Of a stretch of 64,000 nucleotides of DNA, positions 52,783 to 63,106 are shown in pieces (within the stretch, counting starts at the first letter, position 1; every line of letters starts with the position of its first letter). This DNA comes from Endozoicomonas numazuensis (lineage in GTDB: Bacteria > Pseudomonadota > Gammaproteobacteria > Pseudomonadales > Endozoicomonadaceae). The notes beneath the pieces are model-generated. The model saw only the letters and a program-made list of their open reading frames with translations. It searched no databases and was not told the origin of the DNA. Made by a program: the position numbers and the translations under genes. Location of the stretch: positions 214,243 to 278,242 of the forward strand of contig NZ_JOKH01000006.1 in assembly GCF_000722635.1 (NCBI RefSeq). The letters run 5' to 3'.

Positions 52783-55230
52783 TCAATCCTTCACGGGAGG
52801 TGGTGCAATCACCTCACGATTACCATTATGGCCTGCCGGACTCACAACTCCGGCTGCTTCCATTGCCTCTATCATACGCGCAGCCCGGTTGTATCCGATC
52901 TTTAATTTACGCTGTACTGACGAAATAGAAGCCCTCCGGCTTTCAGTCACAAATGCGACGGCCTCATCATACAGGGCATCTTTCTCGGAATCTTCATCCA
53001 GTCCACCACTGAAGGCACTGCCATCAGAAGCAGACTCTACACCATTGAGGACTTCTTCCACATAATCAGGCTCGCCCCGCTTCTTCCAATCTGCGACAAC
53101 CCGATGGACTTCATCATCGCTGACGAAAGCACCATGAATACGAATGGGAACACTGGTACCCGGCGGCAGGTAAAGCATATCACCATGGCCCAGAAGCTGT
53201 TCGGCTCCCCCCTGATCAATAATGGTACGGGAGTCAATTTTACTGGATACCTGAAAACTGATCCGGGTAGGAACATTCGCCTTGATCAAACCAGTGATAA
53301 CATCCACCGAGGGGCGTTGTGTCGCCAGAATCAAATGAATACCGGCAGCACGGGCTTTTTGAGCAATACGGGCAATCAGCTCTTCTACCTTTTTGCCAAC
53401 AATCATCATCATGTCAGCAAACTCGTCCACCACCACCACAATGAAAGGCAGGGATTCCAGCTCTGGAGCCAGGTCGCCCAGAGTCAACGCTTCGTAGAAG
53501 GGGTCACGAAGAGGCTCACCGGCAGCCGCAGCGTCCTTCACTTTTCTGTTGTAACCGGCAATATTCCGAACGCCCAGAGCCGCCATCAACTTGTATCGAC
53601 GCTCCATTTCCGCCACACACCAGCGCAGTGCGTTAGCGGCTTCTTTCATGTCAGTCACTACAGGTGAGAGCAAATGAGGAATGCCGTCGTAAATAGACAG
53701 TTCCAGCATTTTCGGGTCAATCATGATCAGGCGAACTTCTTCCGGGCCTGATTTAAATAACATGGACAGCAACATAGCATTGACGCCCACTGACTTACCG
53801 GAGCCAGTAGTACCCGCCACCAGCAGGTGTGGCATTTTTGCCAGATCCACTACCGCCGGCTGACCGGCAATATCATGTCCAAGAGCGAGACTGAGTGGAG
53901 AAGAAGCCTCATCGTAAACTTTGGAGGCAATCAACTCAGCGAAAAATACCGTTTCCCGGTCATCATTGGGAATCTCAATACCCATCACGGACTTACCTGG
54001 AATCACTTCCACTACCCGAACACTGACAACAGCAAGAGAACGAGCCAGGTCTCTGGCAAGGTTTGAAATCTTGCTGGCCTTCACACCTGGAGCAGGCTGA
54101 ATTTCATATCGGGTAATCACCGGCCCCGGATGCACAGCAACGACGACAGCTTTGACACCAAAGTCTGCCAGCTTGGCTTCTAATAAACGAGAGACTACTT
54201 CCAGTTCGTCCTGGTTAACACCGCTACCATGATCTTTGACCTGATCCAACAGCCCTACGCCCGGAAGCTCACCTTCTGGAGGAATCTCAACCGCCTCTTC
54301 TTTCTGGGCCACTGCAATCTTGCTTAACTTTCTGGGTTTAATCTCCGGCTCAGGGGCAGGCAGAACAACCACTGGTTCCTGACGCCCCCTGGAGGCCGTA
54401 ATTGCCGGCTCAAGAACAGGCTCAGATTCTGGTTCAGGTTGGGATACTTCAAACGTTTCACGATCCAGCTCTCGCTGTTCTTTCCAACGGGTGATTCGTG
54501 ACTGAACCGTTTCAACCAGCCAGACACTGCCCTGACCCAATCTGGCCAGGATTCTCTTCAAAATACGGCCACTGGCATCCAGTACACGAAACCAGGAAAG
54601 ATGGGTATAAAGCGTGAAACCGATCAAGAAAATAGCTAACAAAATCAAGCTACTGCCAATGGTATTAAAGGCAGGAAGTGACTTGCTCATGATCAGCTGA
54701 CCCAGGATACCGCCGCTTTGTGCTGGCAGGTTACGACCCAAATTTTCCATATGAATCGCAGCCAGTGCAGCGCCCGTGGCCAAAGCCAACAGTAAGCCCA
54801 ATGAACGTAAAACAAACCAGGTTGGCTGCCAACTCCAGGCCGTGTAACGGTGCTGAAAAACTAGAATGGTTTTGATCATCAGCAGCACAGGAATCCACCA
54901 GGCAAACACACCAAACAGAGAGAACAGGACATCACTGAACCAGGCGCCTGCCTGACCGGTACTGTTAGCCACTTGGCCTTCAAAGCCAGCGTAACTCCAA
55001 CCGGGGTCTGTTGGGCTGTATGAAAACAGCGCCAATGCCGTAAAAGCAGCCAGCACCAGCAGGAAGAGCATACCCGCTTCTCTAAACCTGAGTGCTAAAG
55101 CACTGGCTTCTGCAATCCCTTCTCCAGCAACTGAATCGCGAATACCCGTTATGGCTTTAGGTACCGGTTTTTCTTTTGCGGCTCGTTTACGCTTTTTGGT
55201 GATCGTTTCCGACATTCGATTCCCGTTCAA
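52783..55230 (-). CDS. ftsK: DNA translocase FtsK
   Basis: 815 aa. N-terminal TM domain, Pro/Glu-rich linker, C-terminal motor ([23 protein letters not shown]; Walker [12 protein letters not shown]) and gamma domain. Confidence 0.95.
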   Translation of the reverse strand: MNGNRMSETITKKRKRAAKEKPVPKAITGIRDSVAGEGIAEASALALRFREAGMLFLLVLAAFTALALFSYSPTDPGWSYAGFEGQVANSTGQAGAWFSDVLFSLFGVFAWWIPVLLMIKTILVFQHRYTAWSWQPTWFVLRSLGLLLALATGAALAAIHMENLGRNLPAQSGGILGQLIMSKSLPAFNTIGSSLILLAIFLIGFTLYTHLSWFRVLDASGRILKRILARLGQGSVWLVETVQSRITRWKEQRELDRETFEVSQPEPESEPVLEPAITASRGRQEPVVVLPAPEPEIKPRKLSKIAVAQKEEAVEIPPEGELPGVGLLDQVKDHGSGVNQDELEVVSRLLEAKLADFGVKAVVVAVHPGPVITRYEIQPAPGVKASKISNLARDLARSLAVVSVRVVEVIPGKSVMGIEIPNDDRETVFFAELIASKVYDEASSPLSLALGHDIAGQPAVVDLAKMPHLLVAGTTGSGKSVGVNAMLLSMLFKSGPEEVRLIMIDPKMLELSIYDGIPHLLSPVVTDMKEAANALRWCVAEMERRYKLMAALGVRNIAGYNRKVKDAAAAGEPLRDPFYEALTLGDLAPELESLPFIVVVVDEFADMMMIVGKKVEELIARIAQKARAAGIHLILATQRPSVDVITGLIKANVPTRISFQVSSKIDSRTIIDQGGAEQLLGHGDMLYLPPGTSVPIRIHGAFVSDDEVHRVVADWKKRGEPDYVEEVLNGVESASDGSAFSGGLDEDSEKDALYDEAVAFVTESRRASISSVQRKLKIGYNRAARMIEAMEAAGVVSPAGHNGNREVIAPPPVKD

Positions 55231-55291
55231 TCTCCTGACAGCCTTGATATAAAGATATTACTTCAAGATACCATGCTCAATGTGGCATAGG

Positions 55292-56290
55292 CTACGCAAG
55301 GCTATAGCTCTCAAAACCCCGCTCCGGATCAAAACCTTCTCTCAACAACATTTGTCGTTTACCAAGATCCATCATCAGGGTCACTAAAGTGCCTCCATTC
55401 CCGGTCAACTCATGATAGCTGTAGGCTCTTAGGACTGGAAAGGGTTTTTCATTATTATCAAGCAGTTGCCTCATTGTCTTAAGGTTCAGTTCAGGATTAT
55501 ACAGTAATGTTTCCTGCAGTCTTTTGAGCCGGGTCTCAGTACAGGGTCTGGAAGACGTGGGTTGCGCCTGGCCTGACTGAAGATAGTGATTAGTGTGCAA
55601 GTATGAGTCTTGCTCGGTTGACTGAAACCAGGGTTGATCAGGAGACAATTCCACAGCCAGTGTTTCTGACTGGTCAGACACCATAATATGACTGGCCTTC
55701 CCTGCTCCATGTTCTTCGATCAGTAATCGGGCTTCCTGAAGACTTTGGGACTCCAGCAAGGCTCTTAAAAGAATATGAACGGGTAACCCCGTCAGTTTTT
55801 GCTTAGCGGGCAGAATATTCAAACAGACACCCAGACCAGCTGAATTCATTCCGATTTTGGCCAGCATGCCGGGTTCCGTCATGGTCAGGAATCGATGGCC
55901 ATTTTCCAACTCAATATCTGCCAGAGCCAAATGACCTTCCAGTGCTTCAGCCCAATCCCAGTTCTGTCCTGCCAACCCCAGCTTCGGAAAAGCAACAGAA
56001 GAGCACTCAACAGGGGAAGACATCAACTCACTGCGGGCATTAATACAATATATCCAGAAAGGCTCAACCCCTGCAGCAGCTGCAATAGCATCCATTTCCT
56101 CTTTATAATGGGGTCTGAATGACAGGACCTTCTGCATCAGCAGATGAACATGCGACTCTAGCTTTCCCCTGTCTGTCAGAAAACGTGACCGGTAGTAGTC
56201 CAGCACTTCGCTGATGTCTTCGCGCATCTGCTCGCCATGGATATGCCCCCGGTTTTTTGCTGATCCATTTAGCACCAGTTTTTTCATCAT
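55292..56290 (-). CDS. Peptidase C45 / acyl-CoA:6-APA acyltransferase-family Ntn hydrolase
   Basis: The ECSSVAF region supplies the N-terminal nucleophile Cys ~100 aa from the start, as in isopenicillin-N acyltransferase. Start chosen at MMKKLVL. Confidence 0.6.
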   Translation of the reverse strand: MMKKLVLNGSAKNRGHIHGEQMREDISEVLDYYRSRFLTDRGKLESHVHLLMQKVLSFRPHYKEEMDAIAAAAGVEPFWIYCINARSELMSSPVECSSVAFPKLGLAGQNWDWAEALEGHLALADIELENGHRFLTMTEPGMLAKIGMNSAGLGVCLNILPAKQKLTGLPVHILLRALLESQSLQEARLLIEEHGAGKASHIMVSDQSETLAVELSPDQPWFQSTEQDSYLHTNHYLQSGQAQPTSSRPCTETRLKRLQETLLYNPELNLKTMRQLLDNNEKPFPVLRAYSYHELTGNGGTLVTLMMDLGKRQMLLREGFDPERGFESYSLA

Positions 56291-56303
56291 TATGAGTCCC
56301 GAA

Positions 56304-56939
56304 ATGTCCCGATTCAGTAACAACCAACTGCTCAGTGGGCTTCTGTTGACGCTGCTGGTATCCGTTCTTGTGCCGGTTTCCGTGGAAGATAACACAATAG
56401 GCGGTCAAATTTTCTCACTCCTCATTATTGCCTCATTGATGACGGTTCTGGCAAGACTGACTGAAAATCAGATTAAAGTACGTCGCTGGCTGCAGATCAC
56501 CGGTCTATCTCTATTAGCTATTCGTATTCTGATTGGGCAAGGAAATACCCCACTCTGGGCAGATACAGCCAGTCTCATGCTGGTCATATTGTTTCAGCTG
56601 GCACTGATGGTGTTATTAATGGGGCATTTGTTTTCAGACGAAGGTCTGAACGAGAAACTGTTGGCGGCTATTAACTTTTATTTTCTGACCGGAATCACCT
56701 TTGGTTTTATCTACACTCTCCTCAACCTGGTGTTACCTGGCGCTTTTGACTTTCCGAGTCATGGCACCTACGACTGGCCAGACTTTATCTATTTCAGCTT
56801 TATCAATCTGACCACACTGGGGTATGGAGATATTACTCCGGTCGCCTCGATCGCCAAAAGTCTGGTCGTTATCGAAGCGGCCATTGGAGTATTAAGCCCT
56901 ACTATTATGATTTCACGGTTTGTTCGTCCGGCTACCTGA
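56304..56939 (+). CDS. Potassium channel family protein (pore with TTLGYGD selectivity filter)
   Basis: FINLTTLGYGDITPV. Multiple TM helices. The start is ambiguous: ATGs at 56292 and 56304 lie 2-14 bp from the divergent C45 start. Confidence 0.75.
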   Translation: MSRFSNNQLLSGLLLTLLVSVLVPVSVEDNTIGGQIFSLLIIASLMTVLARLTENQIKVRRWLQITGLSLLAIRILIGQGNTPLWADTASLMLVILFQLALMVLLMGHLFSDEGLNEKLLAAINFYFLTGITFGFIYTLLNLVLPGAFDFPSHGTYDWPDFIYFSFINLTTLGYGDITPVASIAKSLVVIEAAIGVLSPTIMISRFVRPAT

Positions 56940-57164
56940 GACCGGGACAGGGCGATCGGCCAGGTGGCGACTGAGCCCCAAATAACGTTCAGAATGCCTG
57001 ATCATGAAAAACCAGGGCATCTCTCACTCTCCCAACAAACGGATACTGCAGACAGCTTGGAAGAACATCCAAATCACATAATTTCAGGGTTTGCCCCTAT
57101 GTCAAAATCCTCAGCAGAGAGTATCTTTAAATCTTAAGTTTTTAATCGATTCTCAGGAAATCCC

Positions 57165-57407
57165 ATGACTACTTCCGTTCACGGTCGCAAGTTACTCAAC
57201 CTTCTTCAGGAGCTGCCTCAGCCCATCGAAAAATCCGCGCTGCTGGCACAGATGACTGAACGTTTTGGTGCCCAGGCTGTTTTCCACACTTGTTCTGAGC
57301 AGGGTCATAGTGCACAGAGTCTGGTCGAACTGTTTCTTAAAAAAGGAAAACTGCTTCAAAATCAGGAAGGTATCAGCCACTCTGGATGTTCATGTAAAGG
57401 ACACTGA
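57165..57407 (+). CDS. YecH-like putative metal-binding protein (DUF2492)
   Basis: RFGAQAVFHTCSEQGHSAQSLVELFLKKGKL and a C-terminal CSC..H resemble the E. coli YecH family. Confidence 0.6.
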   Translation: MTTSVHGRKLLNLLQELPQPIEKSALLAQMTERFGAQAVFHTCSEQGHSAQSLVELFLKKGKLLQNQEGISHSGCSCKGH

Positions 57408-57935
57408 TTTTTTTGCCTAATCATTCGTGTTCACGGCTTTGCCGTTAGAGCCCTGAACACTTCCCTTCCCCATTATCCTTTTAAAAGGATTCACCTCAAT
57501 TTCATGCTTGACATAAAACAATGAGGTTATAATCTGGAAGCATGGCTAGATTGTCAGGCCATGACAGTATTGAGCCATTCATTGATTCGTTTTTTGACTT
57601 ACCGAATGTGTTGATGGGTCAATTCATAAAAACCAGAATATTCAGGAAGTGATTCCGAAACGGCCAAGAGCGATAGAAATAATATTCAGGAATCCTCAGT
57701 ATTAAAGGACAAAGAAAATATTTCATGGGAATCTGCAACCGTGGGGTTGGCATTTTAACATCTAAGAATCGAAGCAACATTTTACGCATCACTGATGCCG
57801 AAATGTTCCTGATAGATAGCCCTGTGCAATAAGCCTGAATTTGAATAATGATGCTGTCCAATACCTGGCCGGGCATACCTGATGCCTCGTACCCGGGTTA
57901 CAGTCAGCCTTGAGAAAATCGGAGACCTATTTACC

Positions 57936-58229
57936 ATGCAACAGAATAAACTGTTTGTAGGTAACCTTCCTTTCAACAGTAATGAAAGTGACCTCCAAGA
58001 AGCCTTTGAGCAATTCGGTGAGATCGATGAAATCCATGTCATTACTGACAGAGACACTCGCCGCTCCAGAGGGTTTGCCTTTATTACCTTTTTCGAAAGC
58101 AGTGATGCTGACTCGGCACTGTCCATGGATGGTAAGGAAATGAACGGCAGACCCCTGCGTGTTAACTTTGCAACAGAACGCAGTGGTGGAAAGCGCCGGA
58201 ATCAAAACTCACCAAAAAACAATGCCTGA
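57936..58229 (+). CDS. RRM-domain RNA-binding protein
   Basis: KLFVGNLPFNSNESDLQEAFEQFGEI ... RGFAFITF (RNP2 and RNP1 motifs) followed by an RGG-like tail. Confidence 0.85.
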   Translation: MQQNKLFVGNLPFNSNESDLQEAFEQFGEIDEIHVITDRDTRRSRGFAFITFFESSDADSALSMDGKEMNGRPLRVNFATERSGGKRRNQNSPKNNA

Positions 58230-58362
58230 CTGAATCATTGGATTGAACTGAATGCTTCTCTTTCATTACTAAAGCCCTGAAAGATGAGACGACTAATGCC
58301 TCTGGAAAGGCAATGAAGGGCCAGCGAAGTCCTTTTTTAGCATCCTTGCCAAAAGGCTTGGT

Positions 58363-58842
58363 CTATTTTTTCTCCAGATTTTTCTTCAACACTTCCTGCT
58401 GAAGTTTTATCTGTTCCATTTGCATTCTTTGCAGTTCTTGCTGATTCAACTGCTGCTGCATCTGCTGTTGCTGAAAAGCACTGGGATCACGAAAATCCGG
58501 GATAGGAACTCTTGACTGGTTGGAACAGTTTTTATCCTGAGCAAGGCTAAGAAGGTGATTATAGCGCTGACGGTAGGCATCAATTTCGATTTGTTCTGCC
58601 TGACTCAGATCCATAAAAAACCATGGAACCAAAAAGAAAACACCCGTTACGCCCAGAGCTACGTTTTTACCGGTTTTATCCGTTTTGGGCATCAGTCTGC
58701 TGATCTCTCCCTCTATAAACATCATCTCGCCTTCCAGAGCGGCACAAGAGCGATTGATATCCCCATACTGTCGTACAGCAATTGGATGAGCATCTCTGCC
58801 TGCACAGCCTGTCTGCAATAACACCAGAGCCAGCAGAGACAT
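58363..58842 (-). CDS. Lipoprotein with a Gln-rich C-terminal coiled coil
   Basis: MSLLALVLLQTGCAG lipobox. C-terminal QQQMQQQLNQQELQRMQMEQIKLQQ. The alternative upstream start would encode NRNRNRNR from the hexanucleotide repeat. Confidence 0.6.
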   Translation of the reverse strand: MSLLALVLLQTGCAGRDAHPIAVRQYGDINRSCAALEGEMMFIEGEISRLMPKTDKTGKNVALGVTGVFFLVPWFFMDLSQAEQIEIDAYRQRYNHLLSLAQDKNCSNQSRVPIPDFRDPSAFQQQQMQQQLNQQELQRMQMEQIKLQQEVLKKNLEKK

Positions 58843-58852
58843 CCCCACAATT

Positions 58853-58876
58853 CGATTTCGATTTCGATTTCGATTT
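58853..58876. repeat. Simple sequence repeat (CGATTT)x4, lying 11-34 nt upstream of the lipoprotein ATG or in-frame in its longer N-terminal extension
   Basis: Read directly: ttcgatttcgatttcgatttcgattttt. Confidence 0.9.
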
Positions 58877-59094
58877 TTTAATAACATAACTCTGTTTAAA
58901 CACGCTATAAAACTCAGTACAGCGCAGACCAACAAGACGACTGTTCGTTCACTTCTTGGAAGATATTCATCAATCTAACAACCAACAGTTTGTAAAAAGA
59001 AGAAACAAACTCCTCTAATCAGAAGCCTCATCCATGTCCATTTCTGCCGATACAAACCTAACTCCACTCCTGCAACTGATCACTGGATGACCTG

Positions 59095-59970
59095 ATGAAG
59101 AAAAATTATATTCTCCCCCTACTCCTGATTTTGTCACCAGCTCTGCATGCCAATCAAAAACCGGTTGAATCCACTCAGCCTGAACTGACCCTTAAGACAG
59201 CCATACAACCCGAGTTGACTGATGAATCTCCCATGCCATTAGTGTCTGCTGCTGTTCGTTATGGAATGATGGCCGATGCCTACCTCAGCAGCCCCAGCGG
59301 TATGGTAACAGAAGGATATCGTTTTCAGATCAGAAGTCTCTATCTGTCCTATCTCAAAGAGATGCTGGCAGAGCCGGGTAACACCGTCGATAACATCAAT
59401 GAAGCACTACTGGCAAAATGGATGATGCGTCTGGGTCGCGAAGGTATTGGACCTGAGATATTGGTCAGCATCAAAAATGGTATGCAGAAAAAACTGGCAG
59501 AGTGGAGTCAGAAAAGTCTGTCAGGGCAGATCACCCCTTTTCTGGAATCCACTGAAATCATGCCAAAACTGGAGCAGCAGATTAAGGCGTGTAAGAAAAT
59601 GACTCCACAGCCGTCGAGTGATCCAGCCAAGCGCCGTTCCTGCCACCAGGCCGAATCCCTGACTCGGGTTGAATCAAGCAGACTGATTGACCCCAACCTT
59701 CTGAAAAGCGCCATGCTGAAACTGATACCTTCTTATGCTGAAGGCCTGATTGATGTTTCAAATCGCCCCTATTACCGAGCCTTTCTGACTTCCCGGGAAG
59801 ACTTTGAAGAAAGCCTTACTGCCTTGCTTGGACAAGGGTACACCGCACGCCAACTGGCAGAAATCCTTGAGTTTGCCGGGGTGGATTATCCTGAAGTATT
59901 CGACAGCCTTTATTACCACGCCCTGAGGAATGACAAAAGTATTCACGAACCCGCCATTACCCAGAAATAA
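59095..59970 (+). CDS. Secreted hypothetical protein (291 aa)
   Basis: Signal peptide MKKNYILPLLLILSPALHA. Confidence 0.6.
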   Translation: MKKNYILPLLLILSPALHANQKPVESTQPELTLKTAIQPELTDESPMPLVSAAVRYGMMADAYLSSPSGMVTEGYRFQIRSLYLSYLKEMLAEPGNTVDNINEALLAKWMMRLGREGIGPEILVSIKNGMQKKLAEWSQKSLSGQITPFLESTEIMPKLEQQIKACKKMTPQPSSDPAKRRSCHQAESLTRVESSRLIDPNLLKSAMLKLIPSYAEGLIDVSNRPYYRAFLTSREDFEESLTALLGQGYTARQLAEILEFAGVDYPEVFDSLYYHALRNDKSIHEPAITQK

Positions 59971-60046
59971 ACATAACCATCCAGATAAGCAGGGAACCCA
60001 TCAGTTTCCCTGCTATCCAATCTCTACTGCAAACCCGCTGCTCAAT

Positions 60047-63000
60047 TTAGTCGTACTTGACCTTATATAACAATGAATAGGTCACAGGAAGAACAATCAA
60101 GGTCAGAATCGTTGCAAAGCCCAGACCAAATATAATAGTAACTGCCATTGAGCTGAAGAAAGCATCAAACACCAGTGGAATCATTCCCAGCATAGTTGTG
60201 AGTGCCGCCATACAGACTGGACGCACCCTGCTGACAGCAGCATCCACAATGGCATGACCCAGATGCCCTGTTTTCTCTTCCTCAATATTGATCTGTTCCA
60301 CCAGCACAATACCGTTCTTTATCAACATCCCTGAAAGGCTCAACAAACCCAGCAAGGCGGTGAACGTGAACGGCATATTCAGTGCAAGCAGACCCGCTGA
60401 TACGCCAATAACGCCCAGCGGGACCGTAAACCAGATAGCCAAAGGCTGTCGGATAGTACTGAACAAAAATACGGTAATGATAAACATGATCAGATAGCCC
60501 ATAGGCAAAGACTTGAAGACATTACCCTTAGCTTCACTGGACATCTCATACTCCCCACCCCATTCCAGGCTATAACCTTCTGGCAGGGTGATGGACTCAA
60601 TTTTACTTTTCAGTTTCAGTCGAACCGATTCCGGAGTTTCATCGGTAAACGGTCTCGCATCCGCCATTACGGTCAGAACACGCTTGAGATTACGACGAAT
60701 AATCAACGGATTTTCAGTCGCCGACTCAAAACGACTCACGACCTGCGCTACGGGTACAAAAGCATTACGCTCCTGACTCCAAACCTGAAGATCCGTCAGT
60801 GTATTAGCATTCAGCCGTTCTTCTTCCGGCGCTCTGGCCAGTATTGGCAACAGATGACTTCCATCTCGATAGACGCCTACCTGCATGCCTGTGAAGTTCA
60901 CCAGCAAAGCATCATCCAATGCCTGTTTTGAGATGCCACTTCTTCGGGCTGCCGCTTCATCAATCTGTGGACGGGCAATGGTTACCCGTTCTCGCCAGGA
61001 CTGCCTGATATCGGAGGCTGAAGGTTCTGCCTCCATGATGGCTATAGCCTTGGCACCCAGCTCTCGCAGCACTTCAGGATCTGCCCCATAAAACCTTGCT
61101 TCAATATTAGCGACAGGCGAAGGTCCGTTTTGCAGAAGTTTGAACTTAAATTCAATGCCAGGGTATTTGGCATTCATGGCCTTTTCCATAGGGCCAACCA
61201 ATGCCTTAATCCGATCCCTATCGTCTACTTGAATAATCAGCTGCCCATAACTGCTGTAACTTTTTTCGGGTGCATAGGTCAGAATAAAGCGCTGAGCCCC
61301 CATCCCCATCACCGACGTCACATTTTCTACGCCTTCATAGGCCATCGCATCCTGTTCAAGCTGCTTGATGGCTTTTTCAGTTTCACGAATATCACTGCCT
61401 TCCTGCATCCAGACATCGACAAAAAAGATCGGAGTATTGGAAGGTGGGAAAAAAGCCTGCTTTACGTGACCAAATCCTACAATAGCCAACGCCAGGGCAG
61501 CGACAGTCAACACCAGGGAAATAGTTCTGTGTTTCAGGGCTTTACTCAGGAAACGGCGATAGAAAACAAACAAGGCACCTTTGTATGGATCGGCATCGCT
61601 ACCTGCCATAACTTCAGAAGGTTCCTTGAACATCATATGACAGAAAAAGGGGGTCAATGTGATGGCCAGAACCCAGCTAATCATCAAAGACAACGACAGA
61701 ACCTGGAACAGGGAAACCATGAAATCGCCGGTAGAGTCCGGGGACAAACCAATAGGTGCGAAGGCTATGATCGCAATCACAGTAGCACCCAGCAGAGGCC
61801 ACTGATTCTGGACGACTACCTGTTTGATGGCATCCATGCGGGAAAGCCCTCGGTGCAAACCGACAAGGACTCCTTCGGTCACCACAATAGCGTTATCAAC
61901 CAGCATCCCAAGGGCAATGATTAATGCCCCCAGCGAGATTAACTGCAGTTCCACTCGCAGCACTTTCATACCGATAAAAGTACCCAGAATGGTCAGCAAC
62001 AGAATGCCCCCCATCAGCAGGCCAGAACGCAAGCCCATGGCAAAAAGTAATACCACAATGACAATGGCAATAGCTTCCGCAAGGCTGATCAGAAAGCCAT
62101 TTACCGAAGCTCGTACGACTTCGGGCTGATCATAAACCACCGTAAAATCGATACCCAGCGGGCGACTGGATTCCAGTGCTGCCAGACGGGCATTCACGGC
62201 TTCACCCACATCCACTACATTGACACCCTTGGCAAAAGAGATACCCAGGGAAATCGCTTTCTCACCATTACTTCGGTAAAGGTTCAGAGGGGTCTCATCA
62301 AATGTGCTGTGAATATCAGCAATATCACCCAGATAAATCAATTCAGTCGTGCCTGGCGCGCTGATTACCAGCTGTTTCAGTTCACTGATGTCCTTGAATT
62401 CTCCTGTAGGATGAATACGCACCGAAAAGCCATCAATAAACATATCTCCGGCATTGGACACAACATTCTGATTCTGGATCAGACTGTAGATATAAGCCGG
62501 ATCCACACCCAGTGCAGCCACTTTGGACTGTGAGATCTCGATGACAACCTGTTCGTCTACAGTGCCTGCAAGACTTACCTTCTTGACCCCATCCACCAGA
62601 GACAGTTCACGGCGAAGAAAGTCACCATAGTTTTCCAACTCACGGTAGTTGAAATCATGGCCACTGATATTCAGCATGATGCCAAAGACATCACTGAAGT
62701 CATCGTTCACGATCGAAGGCAGCACACCCGGCGGCATAGACGACTGTGCATCATTAACTTTCCGACGAAGCTCATCCCAGATTTGAGGCTGATCGCTGGC
62801 AGTGAATTCATCTTTCAATTCCACCATGATCTGGGAGACACCCGCATTAGAAACAGAATCGATATTTTTAACGTATTCCAGTTCTTGAATAGCTCGTTCC
62901 AGCGGGAGAGTTACCTCTTCCTCAACCTGTTGAGGCGAGGCCCCCGGATAGGCGGTATTGACCATAGCCTGAGGAATGGGAAATTCAGGAAACTCCAGCT

Positions 63001-63106
63001 GTCCCAGACCAAAAAACGATATCGTTCCGCCAATCAACAGCAGGACAACAAACATCCAGCTGATGACTTTGTTACGTATTGAATACTCTGCGATATTCAT
63101 GCTCAC
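60047..63106 (-). CDS. RND family efflux permease (AcrB/MexB-like)
   Basis: 1019 aa with 12 TM helices and two large periplasmic loops. The typical HAE1 N-terminus is MSMNIAEYSIRNKVISWMFVVLLLIGG. Confidence 0.93.
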   Translation of the reverse strand: MSMNIAEYSIRNKVISWMFVVLLLIGGTISFFGLGQLEFPEFPIPQAMVNTAYPGASPQQVEEEVTLPLERAIQELEYVKNIDSVSNAGVSQIMVELKDEFTASDQPQIWDELRRKVNDAQSSMPPGVLPSIVNDDFSDVFGIMLNISGHDFNYRELENYGDFLRRELSLVDGVKKVSLAGTVDEQVVIEISQSKVAALGVDPAYIYSLIQNQNVVSNAGDMFIDGFSVRIHPTGEFKDISELKQLVISAPGTTELIYLGDIADIHSTFDETPLNLYRSNGEKAISLGISFAKGVNVVDVGEAVNARLAALESSRPLGIDFTVVYDQPEVVRASVNGFLISLAEAIAIVIVVLLFAMGLRSGLLMGGILLLTILGTFIGMKVLRVELQLISLGALIIALGMLVDNAIVVTEGVLVGLHRGLSRMDAIKQVVVQNQWPLLGATVIAIIAFAPIGLSPDSTGDFMVSLFQVLSLSLMISWVLAITLTPFFCHMMFKEPSEVMAGSDADPYKGALFVFYRRFLSKALKHRTISLVLTVAALALAIVGFGHVKQAFFPPSNTPIFFVDVWMQEGSDIRETEKAIKQLEQDAMAYEGVENVTSVMGMGAQRFILTYAPEKSYSSYGQLIIQVDDRDRIKALVGPMEKAMNAKYPGIEFKFKLLQNGPSPVANIEARFYGADPEVLRELGAKAIAIMEAEPSASDIRQSWRERVTIARPQIDEAAARRSGISKQALDDALLVNFTGMQVGVYRDGSHLLPILARAPEEERLNANTLTDLQVWSQERNAFVPVAQVVSRFESATENPLIIRRNLKRVLTVMADARPFTDETPESVRLKLKSKIESITLPEGYSLEWGGEYEMSSEAKGNVFKSLPMGYLIMFIITVFLFSTIRQPLAIWFTVPLGVIGVSAGLLALNMPFTFTALLGLLSLSGMLIKNGIVLVEQINIEEEKTGHLGHAIVDAAVSRVRPVCMAALTTMLGMIPLVFDAFFSSMAVTIIFGLGFATILTLIVLPVTYSLLYKVKYD

